Below the pieces are notes generated by a model. The model did no database searches, was not told the origin of the DNA, and saw nothing but the letters and a program-made list of their open reading frames with translations. From the NCBI GenBank assembly GCA_010909165.1, contig MU008178.1:6961-70960 (forward strand): 64,000 bases of DNA, written 5' to 3'. Every line of letters starts with the position of its first letter. The stretch's first letter is position 1. This document shows positions 12,205 through 24,187 of the stretch, in pieces. The translations under genes and the position numbers were made by a program. Source of the stretch: Anthoceros angustus. Taxonomy: Eukaryota; Plantae; Anthocerotophyta.

Positions 12205-15200
12205 ATGGCTGCTCCAAATTCACATCCACATATAGCCCCGGCACTATCCTTTACTTCAGAACTGAAGGAAAAGGATCGGTTTAAGGGCAGTGGTTACCTC
12301 ATTTGGCGAGTCAGGATTAAGGCCATCATGTCTGCTCGAGGAGTGTGGCCAGTCCTTGATGGCACTTTCAAGCAGCCTGATCCTACCACACACCCAGATG
12401 ATCACGCCAAGTGGATGCATCACAATGGGATTGCAATGGCCATCCTTATCAACGGCCTTGATGCAGATCTTGTGCCCGATGTTGAATTCCTTGACACAGC
12501 ACGAGAGATATGGACTCAGCTGGAGACCACCTACCATTCCACTAACATGCTTTCCCTGTCGGCTGTTAGAATGGAATTCTATGCTTTGAAAATGAGGGAG
12601 GGAGAGAAGATCGCTGTACATACCAGCAAGTTTCGCCATTTGAGAGCTCAGATCACGTCGCTGACTGGGAACAAAATGCCGGAAGTCGAAGCTGTATCTC
12701 AGCTGTTGATTAGTCTCCCACCCTCTTACCAAAGCTTTGTCACAGCACAGAATGGACCTGTGAAGCCTGCTTCTGCTGGCGCTGTCGCTGCTGCTGCCCC
12801 CACTGTTGAGGACATCATCGGCGCACTCTACCAGGAGGAGCAGGCCCGCACTCTCTCTGGCCATGCTCCTAAGAACAAGGCAGAGCGGGTGTTAGCTGTG
12901 AACACTCGCCCTTTCAAAGGCAAGGGCAAGTTCAGGGGGTGGAATAACACACCTGGAGGCTCTGCTGGGCAGCGAACTGATTCCACCAGCAGCTCTTCCA
13001 CAAAACGACCAGGTTCTTGTAACTGGTGTGGTACCCCTGGGCATTGGGCAAGAGAATGCCGTCGTAAAAGGCAGGTGAGCCACAACGCCCGCCCAGAGCC
13101 AATGCTGCTGTCAAAGAGAAAAACTCTGGCGATATGAAAGCACCAGTCAAGATACTCACTGTCTGCCTTTCCAGTTCGCTGAATGATGACGGCAGCTGGT
13201 ATTTGGACTCCGGGGCTACAACTCACATTTGTAAAGACAGGGAGTTGTTCACTTCTCTTAACCTTGGTCATGTCCATGACAAGGTGTTGCTTGGAGATGA
13301 GCAGAGTACCACCAGTCTGCGCATAGAGGGCAGAGGTACTTGTGTCTTCAGGCTGCATGACAACACAGATCTCAAGTTAGACGAAGTTCTGTATGTTCCA
13401 AGCATGGCCAAGAACCTCATGTCTATGAGTCAGTTGTTACGTTCTCGTACCTTTTGCATGCGGGCTGATTTCAATCACTGCTCCTTCTATAGGAAGACAT
13501 ATCCAGATACGTGCATCTTCAAGGGCATATTGGATCATGACCTGTATAGGTTGAACATAACCTGTAACCCTGCCATTGTCCTCCAACATGCTGCACATTC
13601 CATGACAAGTAATTCTGTTAGTGCAAAGCAGGAGTCAGTCTTATGGCACGCTAGGCTAGGACATATAAACAGGTCAAAGCTGATCGACATGTCCGTGATG
13701 GAATGTCACAGAGAGCCGTTACCTAAATGCTTTAAGGATTTACCAGTCTGTGAATCCTGCATCCTGGCCAAGCAGAAGGAATCACCTTTCCCTAATGCTC
13801 CTGCACACAGAGCCACACAGGTCTTGGAATTAGTCCATGCTGACATATCGGGCAAAATACATGAGCCATCCTTAGGAGGTTCACAATATTTCTTCACCTT
13901 GACGGATGGCTACAGCCGGTATACATGGACATTTCCTATGCGTCTGAAAAGTGATACTTTCAACTGTTTCAAGGAATGGCTCTTGACTGCTCAGAGACAA
14001 TCTGGAATGCCTCTCAAGATCTTAAGGACAGACAATGGGTCGGAGTTTGTGAACTTATCTTTTGATGAACTGCTTCAAGAGAATGGTATTCTTCGACAAT
14101 TAACTGTTCCCTACACACCACAACAGAACGGGGTTTCAGAGAGGAAAAACCAAACATTGTTAGGAATGACAAGGAGCATGTTGATATGGGCGAAGCTGCA
14201 GGCTCTTGAGGTGAGGCGGTTGTGACAACCTATATTACGAGCGAGTCCTTACGAGCTCATCCCACAAGACACCATACGAAACATTCTGGAACAAAAGGCC
14301 GAGTCTTCTTCATCTGCGTGTTTTTGGGTCAAAGGCATATGCACATATTCCTGTTGAAAAACGCAAGAAGTTAGATGCTCGTGCACAAGCCCTTATCTTT
14401 GTAGGATACAGTGAACATGTAAAGGCCTACAAACTCTACAATCCAGAAACAGATTCAATGGTGCTTGCGAGGAGTGTCGTCTTCCTAGAGCCTGTTCAGC
14501 CCAGGGACATATCATCCACCGAGTCTGTTCCCACATTCGGTGGTTCTGATATTCTAGATGCTGAAGAGATAGCAGAATATCCCCTGGATGACATGGAACT
14601 TGCTGCTGCCCCACCATTTATTCCTGCTCCTGCTGCTGCAGATGATGATTGGCAACCAGTGGAGGCTCTTGATGCGGAGCAGGGTCCTGTCCCAGGCCAG
14701 GATGATCCACCTGTGAGGCAGATGTGGCCCAGGATGATATCCCTCATGGCGCCGGTAATCCTCCTGTCCAGGAACAACAAGCAAATATGCCTGATGAGGA
14801 ACCTGCACCAGAACCCGAGTTGAGGAGATCGACTCGTCATCGGCCACCACCTTCTGAATGGGCAGAGCCACGTTATCAGTCCGTGGATTTTAGGACAAAC
14901 CTGGTGACTAATCCTGTCCTACCAGATGAGCCTACCTCCCTATCACAAGCCTACGATGGCCCTGAGGCTAAGCAATGGAAGATTGCAGTAGAGGATGAAT
15001 ACCAATCGTTAGTGAAAAATCGGACTTGGACTCTTACAGATTTGCCTCCTGGCCGAAAGGCCATATCCTGCAAATGGGTTTTTAAAATAAAACTGAATGC
15101 CAAGGGTGAGGTTGCGAGGTTTAAAGCTAGGCTAGTGGCTCGAGGTTTTACACAAGTGGAGGGCCTGGACTACCAGGAAACCTTCTCGCCAGTGGTAAGA

Positions 15201-16514
15201 ACGCAATCCATTAGACTACTGCTAGCTTATGCTACGGAGCACGATCTGGATCTTCAGCAAATGGATGTTTGCACCGCTTTTCTATATGGGGCCTTAGACG
15301 AAGAACTCTATATGCTTCAGCCTGAGGGATACGAGAATAAGAAGCATCCCAACAAAGTCCTCAAGCTGCTCAAGTGTATTTACGGTTTAAAGCAGAGTGG
15401 GAGAGTCTGGTACTTTACCATGCACGTTTATCTGCTCACCATTAACTTCGTTCAGGGCACAGCTGACTCCAATGTCTACAAGCTCACGGATGGCTCCTCT
15501 ATTGTCATCCTTGCACTCTATGTTGATGATGTTATCCTTGCAACCAATGATCAGCTGCTGCTATCAGAAGTTAAACAGAAACTGAGCAGCAAATTCGATA
15601 TGAAAGACATTGGCGAGTTGAAGTTCTGTCTTGGTATTCAGCTCTTGAGGGTTAGGTCTGAAGGACTCCTATACATTCATCAGCATAAGTACATCAGTGA
15701 GATCCTAAGGAAGTTTAACCTAGATCAAGCGCGTCCTGCCACTACACCCTATTCCGTTGGAACAAGGCTTACCCGAGAGCAGTGTTCTGAAACAGCTGAG
15801 GAGATAGAGGATATGCGAGATGTCCCATACAGACATGCTGTGGGCAGTCTGATTTTTGTGGCCAATTGGACGCGGCCCGATATCCAATACTCTGTTAGTA
15901 CAGTCTCGCAGTTTTTAGAACACCCTGGCAGGACACATTGGACGGCTGTTAAGAGGATTTTTCGTTACCTAAAAGGCACTCTCACAACAGGCTTGGTTTA
16001 CAAGAGTAGCGGCCAAGGAAAGCTTACCTTGACAGGTTATACGGATGCCGACTGGGCTTCTGATTACGACTCTCGCCGCAGCCTGTCCACTTATTGTTTT
16101 CTCTTGGCCTCCGCTGCTGTGAACTGGAGCTGTAAGAAGCAAGCAAGCATCGCCCTCAGCTCCACCGAAGCCGAATATAAGTCCTTGACCGAGGCTTCTA
16201 AGGGAGCTGAGTGGGAGAGGAGTTTCCTTGCTGATATTGGTGAAGTGCAAAACCAGCCCACACAGCTGCTCTGCGACAATCAGTCCGCCCTTGCGTTAGT
16301 TGCCAACCCAAAATTCCACGCTCGCACGAAACATATCGAGATCCAGCATCACTACATTCGGGACGTTGTGGAAAGGAAAGTGATCCAGGTTGGTTATGTT
16401 CAGACAGATGCAAACACAGCTGACATTCTGACTAAAGGCCTGTCCAAGCAGCTGCACTATGCACATATGGAAGGGTTGGGACTCTCAGATTTCTCAGCTT
16501 ACTTCCAGCAGTAA
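12205..16514 (+). CDS. Copia gag-pol polyprotein, frameshifted near 13100, 14220 and 14720
   Basis: Gag with CNWCGTPGHWAREC knuckle. Protease WYLDSGATTH. Integrase LWHARLGH...VHADISG...RTDNGSEF...QQNGVSERKN. RT KARLVARG...LYVDD. RNase H YTDADWA...TKHIEIQHHYIR. Confidence 0.95.
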
Positions 16515-16713
16515 AGCAGTGAGGACTTATCTGGTTGTTGGGGGGGGTGGAAGCTTGCGCTTCCAGATTATTTTGAGGACCTCCTCTAACCCAGCCAGGC
16601 TCCTCCCTGCATATGAAAGCAAGGTTAGTACATGCATATGAACACAAGGCTGACCAGTGCAGGTGGATGAAGCTTAGAGCAATATTTAATCACCTGGCTG
16701 CTGGTCCTTTTTC

Positions 16714-17190
16714 TTACTCTTCCTCGCTGGGTATCACGTCTTTGACCTTCTCCAGTAGCTTGATAGTCTTTTGAAGCTCCTGGATTAGGCTTTGTTTCCC
16801 CGCTTCCCCTTTGAAGTCATCAGACAGGTGAGGTTTGGTCTGCCCTTTCTTCGCTTTGCCGACTATCATTGAGAAGTCCACCTGCACATGGCAAGGACCT
16901 AGGTGCGCGTACTGCCCCCAGCAGTATCGTGCATCCCAGTCCCACCCTCTAGTAGCAGTGGCTTTCCTCTCTGCGTCTGTAGTTGGAAGGCCTTCTGGTG
17001 AAGACGGAAGACTGTCCTTCACGGTTTCAGGGCTTGGTGCTCTCTTCTTCCTCTTGCTCTTGCGCTGGTTCGCCAGGTTGCTGTAGCTACGCCCGCTCCG
17101 TGTTTGCATGATGGCCAGTCTGAGCAGGTGGATGAGCGTGAACAGGACGAGCTGGATCAGCCCGATCACAGAAGCTAGGTGGGCTGCCAT
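16714..17190 (-). CDS. Antisense extra ORF (158 aa) between pol and the 3' LTR
   Basis: Uninterrupted ATG-to-TAA ORF with a hydrophobic N-terminus, MQTRSG, a basic RKSKRKKR NLS-like stretch and a helical C-terminus. Confidence 0.55.
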   Translation of the reverse strand: MAAHLASVIGLIQLVLFTLIHLLRLAIMQTRSGRSYSNLANQRKSKRKKRAPSPETVKDSLPSSPEGLPTTDAERKATATRGWDWDARYCWGQYAHLGPCHVQVDFSMIVGKAKKGQTKPHLSDDFKGEAGKQSLIQELQKTIKLLEKVKDVIPSEEE

Positions 17191-17383
17191 TTTGCGGCTG
17201 CCCCGTCTCGCTTTTATCCTCAGCTGGCCTTGGGGCGCAAGCGGTTGTGTACGCTACGCGAGTACTCGGCGGCTGGTGCTGTCCGCTACCGGGCGTGATG
17301 CCAGCGGTGGTTCAGCTCAAGTGCGTCGGGCTCTGCGTGAAGGAATCCTGGTCATTTCTATGTGTGTTGAGCTTAAGGGGGGG

Positions 17384-17566
17384 TGTTACGATAGGCATCA
17401 TTAGGTTAAGCCTAAACACATATGTCATGAATAAGCACGTTAGGGTTATATATGAACGGGTATGTATATAGTACTTAAAAACATTTTTGTGTATGAGATT
17501 GTCATTATCAAATCTACTAAAGTGAGTTTGTTCTTTAGCTTCTTCTCGCTCCGCTCGATATTTTCA
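17384..17566 (+). repeat. Copia 3' LTR
   Basis: Preceded by the PPT, identical to the 5' LTR, followed by TSD CACGG. Confidence 0.97.
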
Positions 17567-17669
17567 CACGGTGGCCAAGTTAAGGGGGACAAACTTCAAG
17601 GCAATCGCCTAGCACTTTCTGGCGCTAGCGCAGATGGCTTGGTAAGGCCAACACGAGGTGGGAGAGAAG

Positions 17670-19200
17670 GACCCAAGCCCCAGTCAGCAATAATCTTCCT
17701 GGTATCGACCTTGATACCCTTAGCTGAGATTATATGTCCATGGTATTCACATTCCTCCCTTGAGAACACATAGTTGCTGCGTTTTGCTAGTAGCTTGTGC
17801 TAGTGCAACTACTCAAATACCTTTCTGACTAGCTGATAATGGGGGTCGTGGTCAGCACTGTATATGAGTGTGTCATCAAGGAAGACCTCAACTCCATGGC
17901 CAAGCAGTGGTAGTAGGATCTCCTGTATCAAACATTGAAAAGAGGCCAGAGCGTTCGTCAGGCTGAAAGGCATAACGATGAACTTGAAGTGGCCATGCCT
18001 AGTTCTGAAGGCTGTTTTGTACTCATCACCTTCACGGATCCGGAACTGGTGAAAGCCAGATCTGAGATCTATCTTGGAGAAGAACTTTGCTCCATAGAGC
18101 TGGTCAAGGGTTTCGTCAATTCTCAGAATTTGGTAAACATTCCTGATGGTGGCCCTGTTGAGGCCCTTGTAGTCTATACACAAGCGCCAGCCCCCATTTG
18201 GTTTCCTAACCAGCAACTTTCCATGGTTGAGGTTCAGTAGGGAGGAATACTGACTGATTTATGTTCTGGTACCAGCTCAATGGCATGGCCTATGGCTCTA
18301 CGTAATTCTGTAGGCTCTACGACATCTTTGGAACCGGACAATAACTCTTTCATGGTAAGAGGGAACGTGTCTTCCTCTTCCTTGGCTTTAGCTGCTCTAA
18401 ACTCAGGACACTCTTGATGTTGGTACCAATTGCTGTTGAGGTACGAGTGGTCTTACCAGTCTCTTTCAGCCATTTGATGGAGTCCTACCAATATGGGCTT
18501 GTTCGTGACCCATGCTCAGTTGATGTGCAGGTGAAGCACATCCTTTTTTCATGGTAGTTCCTTTTCTAATCTTTGGACAAGATCTTGAACATAGGTTTTT
18601 TCTCCGCTACGTTAGCTGCTTAAGCCAAAACATAAAACTAGAAGCAGCCTAGTCTCCTCCTGCCCCTGTAGATTTGAGGTGGTAGATTCGAGTCCATCTC
18701 CATGGACTTTATAACCCACTTGCCCAGAACTAGATCCGAAAAAGATAGTGTTGGCGGGCACGAACACAACGGAGGTTAGTCCAGATCCAGTTCCGATCCG
18801 AGCTCCCAACACAACGGTTTCACAACCCCAGTAGCATGACTACCACCTGTAGCCCCAAGTCCTTCCCAACAAATTGCTCCAACGACACCACCACAAACTC
18901 TGAACCCACTTGCTCACTGATTATTTCGAAGGTTGGGTAGGTGAATCCGACACCACAGCTACTTGGAAACCCATAGATTGGTGTCGCCGCTTCCCTCAAC
19001 TCGAGCATGACCTCGAAGGCCTGGAGGACCAAGCCTCGTCAAGTGGGGGAGAATGCCACAGCACGACACAGTGATCGCTGACCACAGCATTGCCGGGACG
19101 ACTCGGCTGGTGCACGAGCGGGAGGCCGGCTTAGGTCAGTCCCCAGCCATCCTTAAGGCACTCCCACATTTCATTCTGCTGGACGGTCAGCCATAGCATG
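17670..19200 (-). mobile_element. Ty3/Gypsy remnant (degenerate RT and upstream gag/UTR)
   Basis: KPNGGWRLCIDYKGLNRAT...FSKIDLRSGFHQFRI...KTAFRTRHGHF...MPFSLTNA...VFLDD at 17809-18216, with stops and truncation downstream. Confidence 0.9.
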
Positions 19201-20555
19201 CATACATAATAACCCATAATTACCAGTAATTAAAACCCCTTTCAGGATAGGTAAAATAGCTTAGACAAACTGTCAAGACACAATCGACATTCGGTTGTTC
19301 ATGGGTTCTTTGCGCGACATGCATGAGACCCTACTTGTACATGGGATTGTAAGAATACAGCAGACCATTCTAGTTCGATCTACATGTAAGGGACCCAGCA
19401 GTCTCTTGTACGTTGCATAAACAAATGCTTCAACCTATGGGTAAAGACTTATTGGGGAAGTGTCACCCTAGACATCTCAGGCGAGGAATTGAGCAAGATT
19501 CTGAATGCAAACTTAGACGCTCATTATCTCCACAGAGACTATGCATCTCATATCACAGAGTGGTGGAGCGTTGCAACTGATAAGTGATGTGAGTTGTCAT
19601 TCTGAGTTGTCATTCTTCTCCCTTGTCTTCGATGGCCCACAGCTGCCTCTTGCCGACAAAAGAGGAGGAAGACTTGCGTTTTGGGAAAGTTCTATGCAAG
19701 AGGCTCTACAAGTTTTTGTAAAAGAGATCCGCTATCGGTTGTGAAAGGGATCAACCTGATTGCTTAGAGGCCACACTTTCATTGCGATTGGAGTGCGCGA
19801 AGGAGATATTTGCTCGACCCAGGACTCCGTGAACTCCATTAGGAGGAGATTTAGCCCAATCAAGGGTCAATCTTTGTGACTTCTTTTACTTAACTTTTAG
19901 TAGCGGTTAATGTTGCGCTAAAAACCACATACAAGGGAGTCCACCGCACCCAATAAATGGGGCGATTTCCATACATATTCTAGATGAAAGGATTGTACCC
20001 CAACCCGGTACTGATCCGTTTAAAAGGGTGCTTAACTGTGGAGTTTTGATAGCGAGTGGTTTATGCATTCTTGGGGGTGCTTAGACCACTTAATAACAAA
20101 ACTTCATGTTGCATCTAGACACATTATCACTATTGTGAGATTTGACGGTGTTGGGAGTTGTGCATATGGATTTGGATGTTAGGCTGAAGGTGCGGGAGCA
20201 CGAGGGTGCGAGAGCGCGAAGGCGCGAAGGTGCGAAGGAGTAGGAGCGCAGAGGTGTGTGGCGCGCAGTGGTGCAGGAGCGTGGAGGTGTGGGTGCGGAG
20301 GTGTGAGGTGTGCGGTCTTGTGAGGCCGCCAGTATGTTGCCCAAAGCGTGGCGAGTGCGTGCGGGCCGAGGGTGAGCCATGGACATGGGGGATACGTGTG
20401 GGGCGCAGGGTGTGGGGTCCCACAGCAAAGCCTAGTTCCTTGGGCCTGCGGAGCGGAGGCAATGAGGCCGGCCCGCTTTTAGGTTCGTGTCCTTCGCCGG
20501 CCTTGGCTTTGCTATTTGGGGCTGCGGCCCGCTTTTGAGGGCTCACGGCCTTGCG

Positions 20556-21445
20556 GCGGGCCCCGGTTCTAGGCTCTGCAGTGCGGCGGGTAAGACTGAT
20601 TTTCGAGGCTTGTGCAAGTGGTAGCGCCAGTTTTCAAGGCTTGCGGCGGCATACCGAGTCTTTTGGTGCTGATTTTTGGCGATAATTCTTCCGGTTTTTC
20701 GCGGTTTCAAGTGTCCATTTTAGGGTGGCGCAATTTTGTGCGCAAGGTGCTCTTCAAGAAATTTTTGGGGGTCCTTTTGCGCTTCTACAGGATTCCTCAT
20801 TGTCTTTGGCTAAATTTGTACGTCGGGCACTATTTTGGTGGGTTTTGGCGTGTTCTTAGGGCTCATGATGCGGCGGCAGCAAGACCCGGTTTTCGAGGCT
20901 GGCGCCGCCCATTTTCAAGGCTTGCGGTATGCGGCGGCGGTGTCTTTTGGTGCTGATTTTTTGGCGATAATTCTTCCCCGGTTTTTCTCGCCGGTTTCAA
21001 GTGTCCATTTTTAGGGCGCGCAATTTTGTGCGCACGCAAGGTGCTCTTCAAGAAATTTTTTTGGGGGTCCTTTTTGCGCTTCTTCTCTACAGGATTCCTC
21101 GGCTGTCTTTGGCTAAATTTGGCACGTGCGGGCACTATTTTGGTGGGTTTTGGCGGCGGGCCCCGGTTCTTAGGGCTCATGATGCGGCAGCAAGACCCGG
21201 CCAGTTTTCAGAGCCATGGCGCCTGGCCCAGTTTTACATGAAGGCGGCGGTGAGTCTTTTGGTGCTGATTTTTTGGCGATAATTTTTCCCCGGTTTTTCT
21301 CGCCGGTTTGAAGTGTCCATTTTTAGGGCGCGCAATTTTGTGCGCACGCGAGGTGCTCTTCAAGAAATTTTTTTGGGGGTCCTTTTTGCGCTTCTTCTCT
21401 ACAGGATTCCTCGGCTGTCTTTGGCTAAATTTGGCACGTGCGGGC
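20556..21445 (+). repeat. Three ~300-bp tandem repeats directly 5' of a CRE-like RT
   Basis: The unit ...CTTTTGGTGCTGATTTTTGGCGATAATT...AAGTGTCCATTTTTAGGG...CTACAGGATTCCTC...TTTGGCTAAATTTG recurs from ~20556, ~20850 and ~21154. Confidence 0.9.
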
Positions 21446-23560
21446 AAATTGTTAGGTCAAGTAGGTGAATATGCCTTTGCTGCCAGGGCTCTCCGCCCTC
21501 TTCTTTTGGCCCTTGCTTCTGAGGAGACCATTGCACCGCTTTGCGCCTTGCATCTAGCCCAGAAGGATGCCATCCCCCTGGACATACTCGACTATGTCTC
21601 TAATGACCCCTTCTCTCTAGACCGTGCGGCTTTCGCCTTGGCTCTCTCTACGGCCCCGCGTCTTCTGCCGGGCTATCTAGAATGGTGTTTGAACACCTTA
21701 GGAACCTCTTTCTTCCTGAAGACCCATCCAGCGGCTTCCCTAAGCTCTTTTCCCTAGCTGGCGCTATGGCGCAGGGTGAAATGCTTCTTCGGATCTCTCA
21801 AGTCCTTGTAGCTAGCAGGTTAGTTGCCATGGACAAGCCTGCCCCAAGCTTTGGTGTGCGTCCACACGTGGTCGGGAAAGCCTTCATGCGGTTCCTCAAT
21901 TCTATTATTGTCCTTCAGTGCCGCTCCCTCCTTCAGCAGCACCTTAACCCCCTTCAATTTGGCATCGCCACTAGGGGGGGTTGCGAGTCTGTGGTATTTG
22001 GTGTGCAGGCATGCCTTGACACCCACCCGGAGTGGGTGATCTTACAGGAGGATGTTGAGAACGCCTTTAATACTATTTCCAAGAGCGTCATTTTCGAGGA
22101 GCTTATGGACGCCGGTGGTGTCCTAGGGAAGCTTATCCCTTTTGTCCGGTACTTCTACGGGAGGTCTTCCAACTTCTACTATCAGCATAAGAACATCTCT
22201 TCGGGATTTACCGTTTCTGTCTTGGAATCGCCCACAAGCACCAGGCAAGGCAACCCTTTAGGCGATGCTCTCTTTGTCGTCGCTCACTACAGGGCCCTAT
22301 CCAGGGCCGCTTCCTTAGCGCTTGACTGTGTCTTCCCATCGCTGGCATACAACTCTCACATCCTCGGACCTAGGGACAAGGTCAAGGTAGCCTTTGAGCT
22401 CTTCTTTCATGAGCTCTTTTTGGTTGGCTTGAAGGTTAAGCTCTCCAAGTGCCTTGTCTGGTCCTTGTCGAGCATCATCCCCACTTCGCAGTTCCCTATT
22501 GGGGAGATTGCTCCGGCCCCGGGTTTACGGATTTTAGGAGTTTCCTTCGATTCTCCTAATTTCATTGGGAGCTTCCTGGACCAGGCTCTCCAGGAAGACT
22601 TATCCCATGTCGAGGACCTTCCTCTACTGGAGTATGCTCAGGTGGCCTTCAGAATTCTTTCTTCCTGTTCCGCTAGGCACTTGGGCTACCTCATCCGCAC
22701 ATAGCCCCCGTCTCAGGTTCAAGATTCTATCTCGGTTATAAAGGTTGAACAGGAAGATTATGGACACTCTCGGAGACATAATGGGCCCAGGGGCTTTCAA
22801 GTGCCCTCATACTTTATTTCGTTATGGTCCCACCCGATCTGATTTGGGGGCACGGCACTGCTCTCATTGGAGGTTTCTTCCCGGACAGCTTTTTTGAGGA
22901 GCTGGGCCCTGTCAGCCCTTGCCGTGGCCTCTTGCTTCATCCTCCAGTACCGGCCCTTTCTAGAGGATCTTGTTTCTGGTGTGAAAGAGGGAACCTTCCC
23001 TCTCAAAATTTCCTTGAGGCAGGCCAGGAAAATGCTTTTTGCGGATGGTAGGTGGGAATTCCCCCCTTTCTCGAATTTCATCTCGAACAGTTTCAGGGGG
23101 TTGCAGGCGGCGTTGCTTGAGAAGCAGTCAAGCTTTCCAGCCCGTCCTCCTAGACTCCTCCATCCACAGGTCTACGAGAGCTCCGCTTTGCTCTTGTTCT
23201 AGTAAGGGTGCTGGCGCTTGGCTTCTGGCTCGTCCATGTATTTGGGGTTTTGTCATCGCACTTACCACCTTCGCCACTGCGATGCGATTCCGTTTTGGCC
23301 TGCTCTAGCCTGTGGCATTCTCCATCTTTATCTGTGAGTGCGACTCTGCCCTCGATGGCTCTGGGGTACACCTTGCTTACTGTCTCCATGGGGGTCACTC
23401 ACGACGTAGTTCGCGATGTCATGTTTGCCATAGCTCGTGAAAGCGGCTACATGGCCTGGAGGGAGCAAGGGTACACTCTTCGTACAGGTTGGTCAATTAG
23501 GCTGACTTGTACCTTGTCCGCGGTGATCAAGTCTCGGTGGCAAGATATCATACTCAAATC
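21446..23560 (+). mobile_element. Degenerate CRE/SLACS-like non-LTR retrotransposon (RT plus restriction-like endonuclease region)
   Basis: GVRPHVVGKAFMRF, LQFGIATRGGCE, DVENAFNTIS, TRQGNPLG, degenerate LAYNSHILG (xADD) and LRILGV. Downstream GAGAWLLARP and THDVVRD are typical of RLE-clade elements. Confidence 0.8.
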
Positions 23561-24187
23561 ATTGGAAGTTCCTTTTCATTTAGATTCATGAAACAAATTG
23601 TAGAATTCTCATAACTGTTAGACGACCAATATGCATCATCGAGACATTCTGAAAATCTAAGACCCCTCGAAACAAAACACATACATAACTACAAAAGATT
23701 ATGAATAAAAACTTATAAAACAACTCCATGCTACTATAATATCCAAAGCCTAGGAGTCTCTTTATTGCCACACTAAACTCACTATCGTAGGGTAGGGTGT
23801 CATTTTGACCGAGTACTATCTCGGTCCGGACACTAGCTCGTTGGTCCGGACGAGGAAGGGACGTGCCTTTTGCGACCATTGGTCACTAAATATAATCAAT
23901 ATAAATAATTAATTTATAAATAATAATATAAAAGGCATAGATGCGAGTCCGCAGCATCACTACCGGTATGCTGAGACTACGTCCATGATAAGATGGGTCC
24001 ATGTGTCCATAATAAATATAAATCCACGATATAAAATTAAGCAATTTCTTGATTTTAAACTGGACTTTTATGAACCCTCGGTCCACGAAAAAATAAGGGA
24101 CCGAGGTGGGGGCTCAGACCGAGAACCTCGGTCCCATGTTTTTTTTGATACATGCGGACAATCCGAGTCGAAATAAAGGAATCAGCC

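Larger units (their letters stand above)
10851..17566 (+). mobile_element. Full-length Ty1/Copia LTR retrotransposon, very recent insertion
   Basis: LTRs 10851-11033 and 17384-17566 (183 bp, TG...CA, identical by eye). TSD CACGG at 10846-10850 and 17567-17571. PBS TGGTATCAGAGC (tRNA-iMet) at 11034. PPT AAGGGGGGG at 17375-17383. Domain order gag-PR-INT-RT-RH. Confidence 0.97.
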
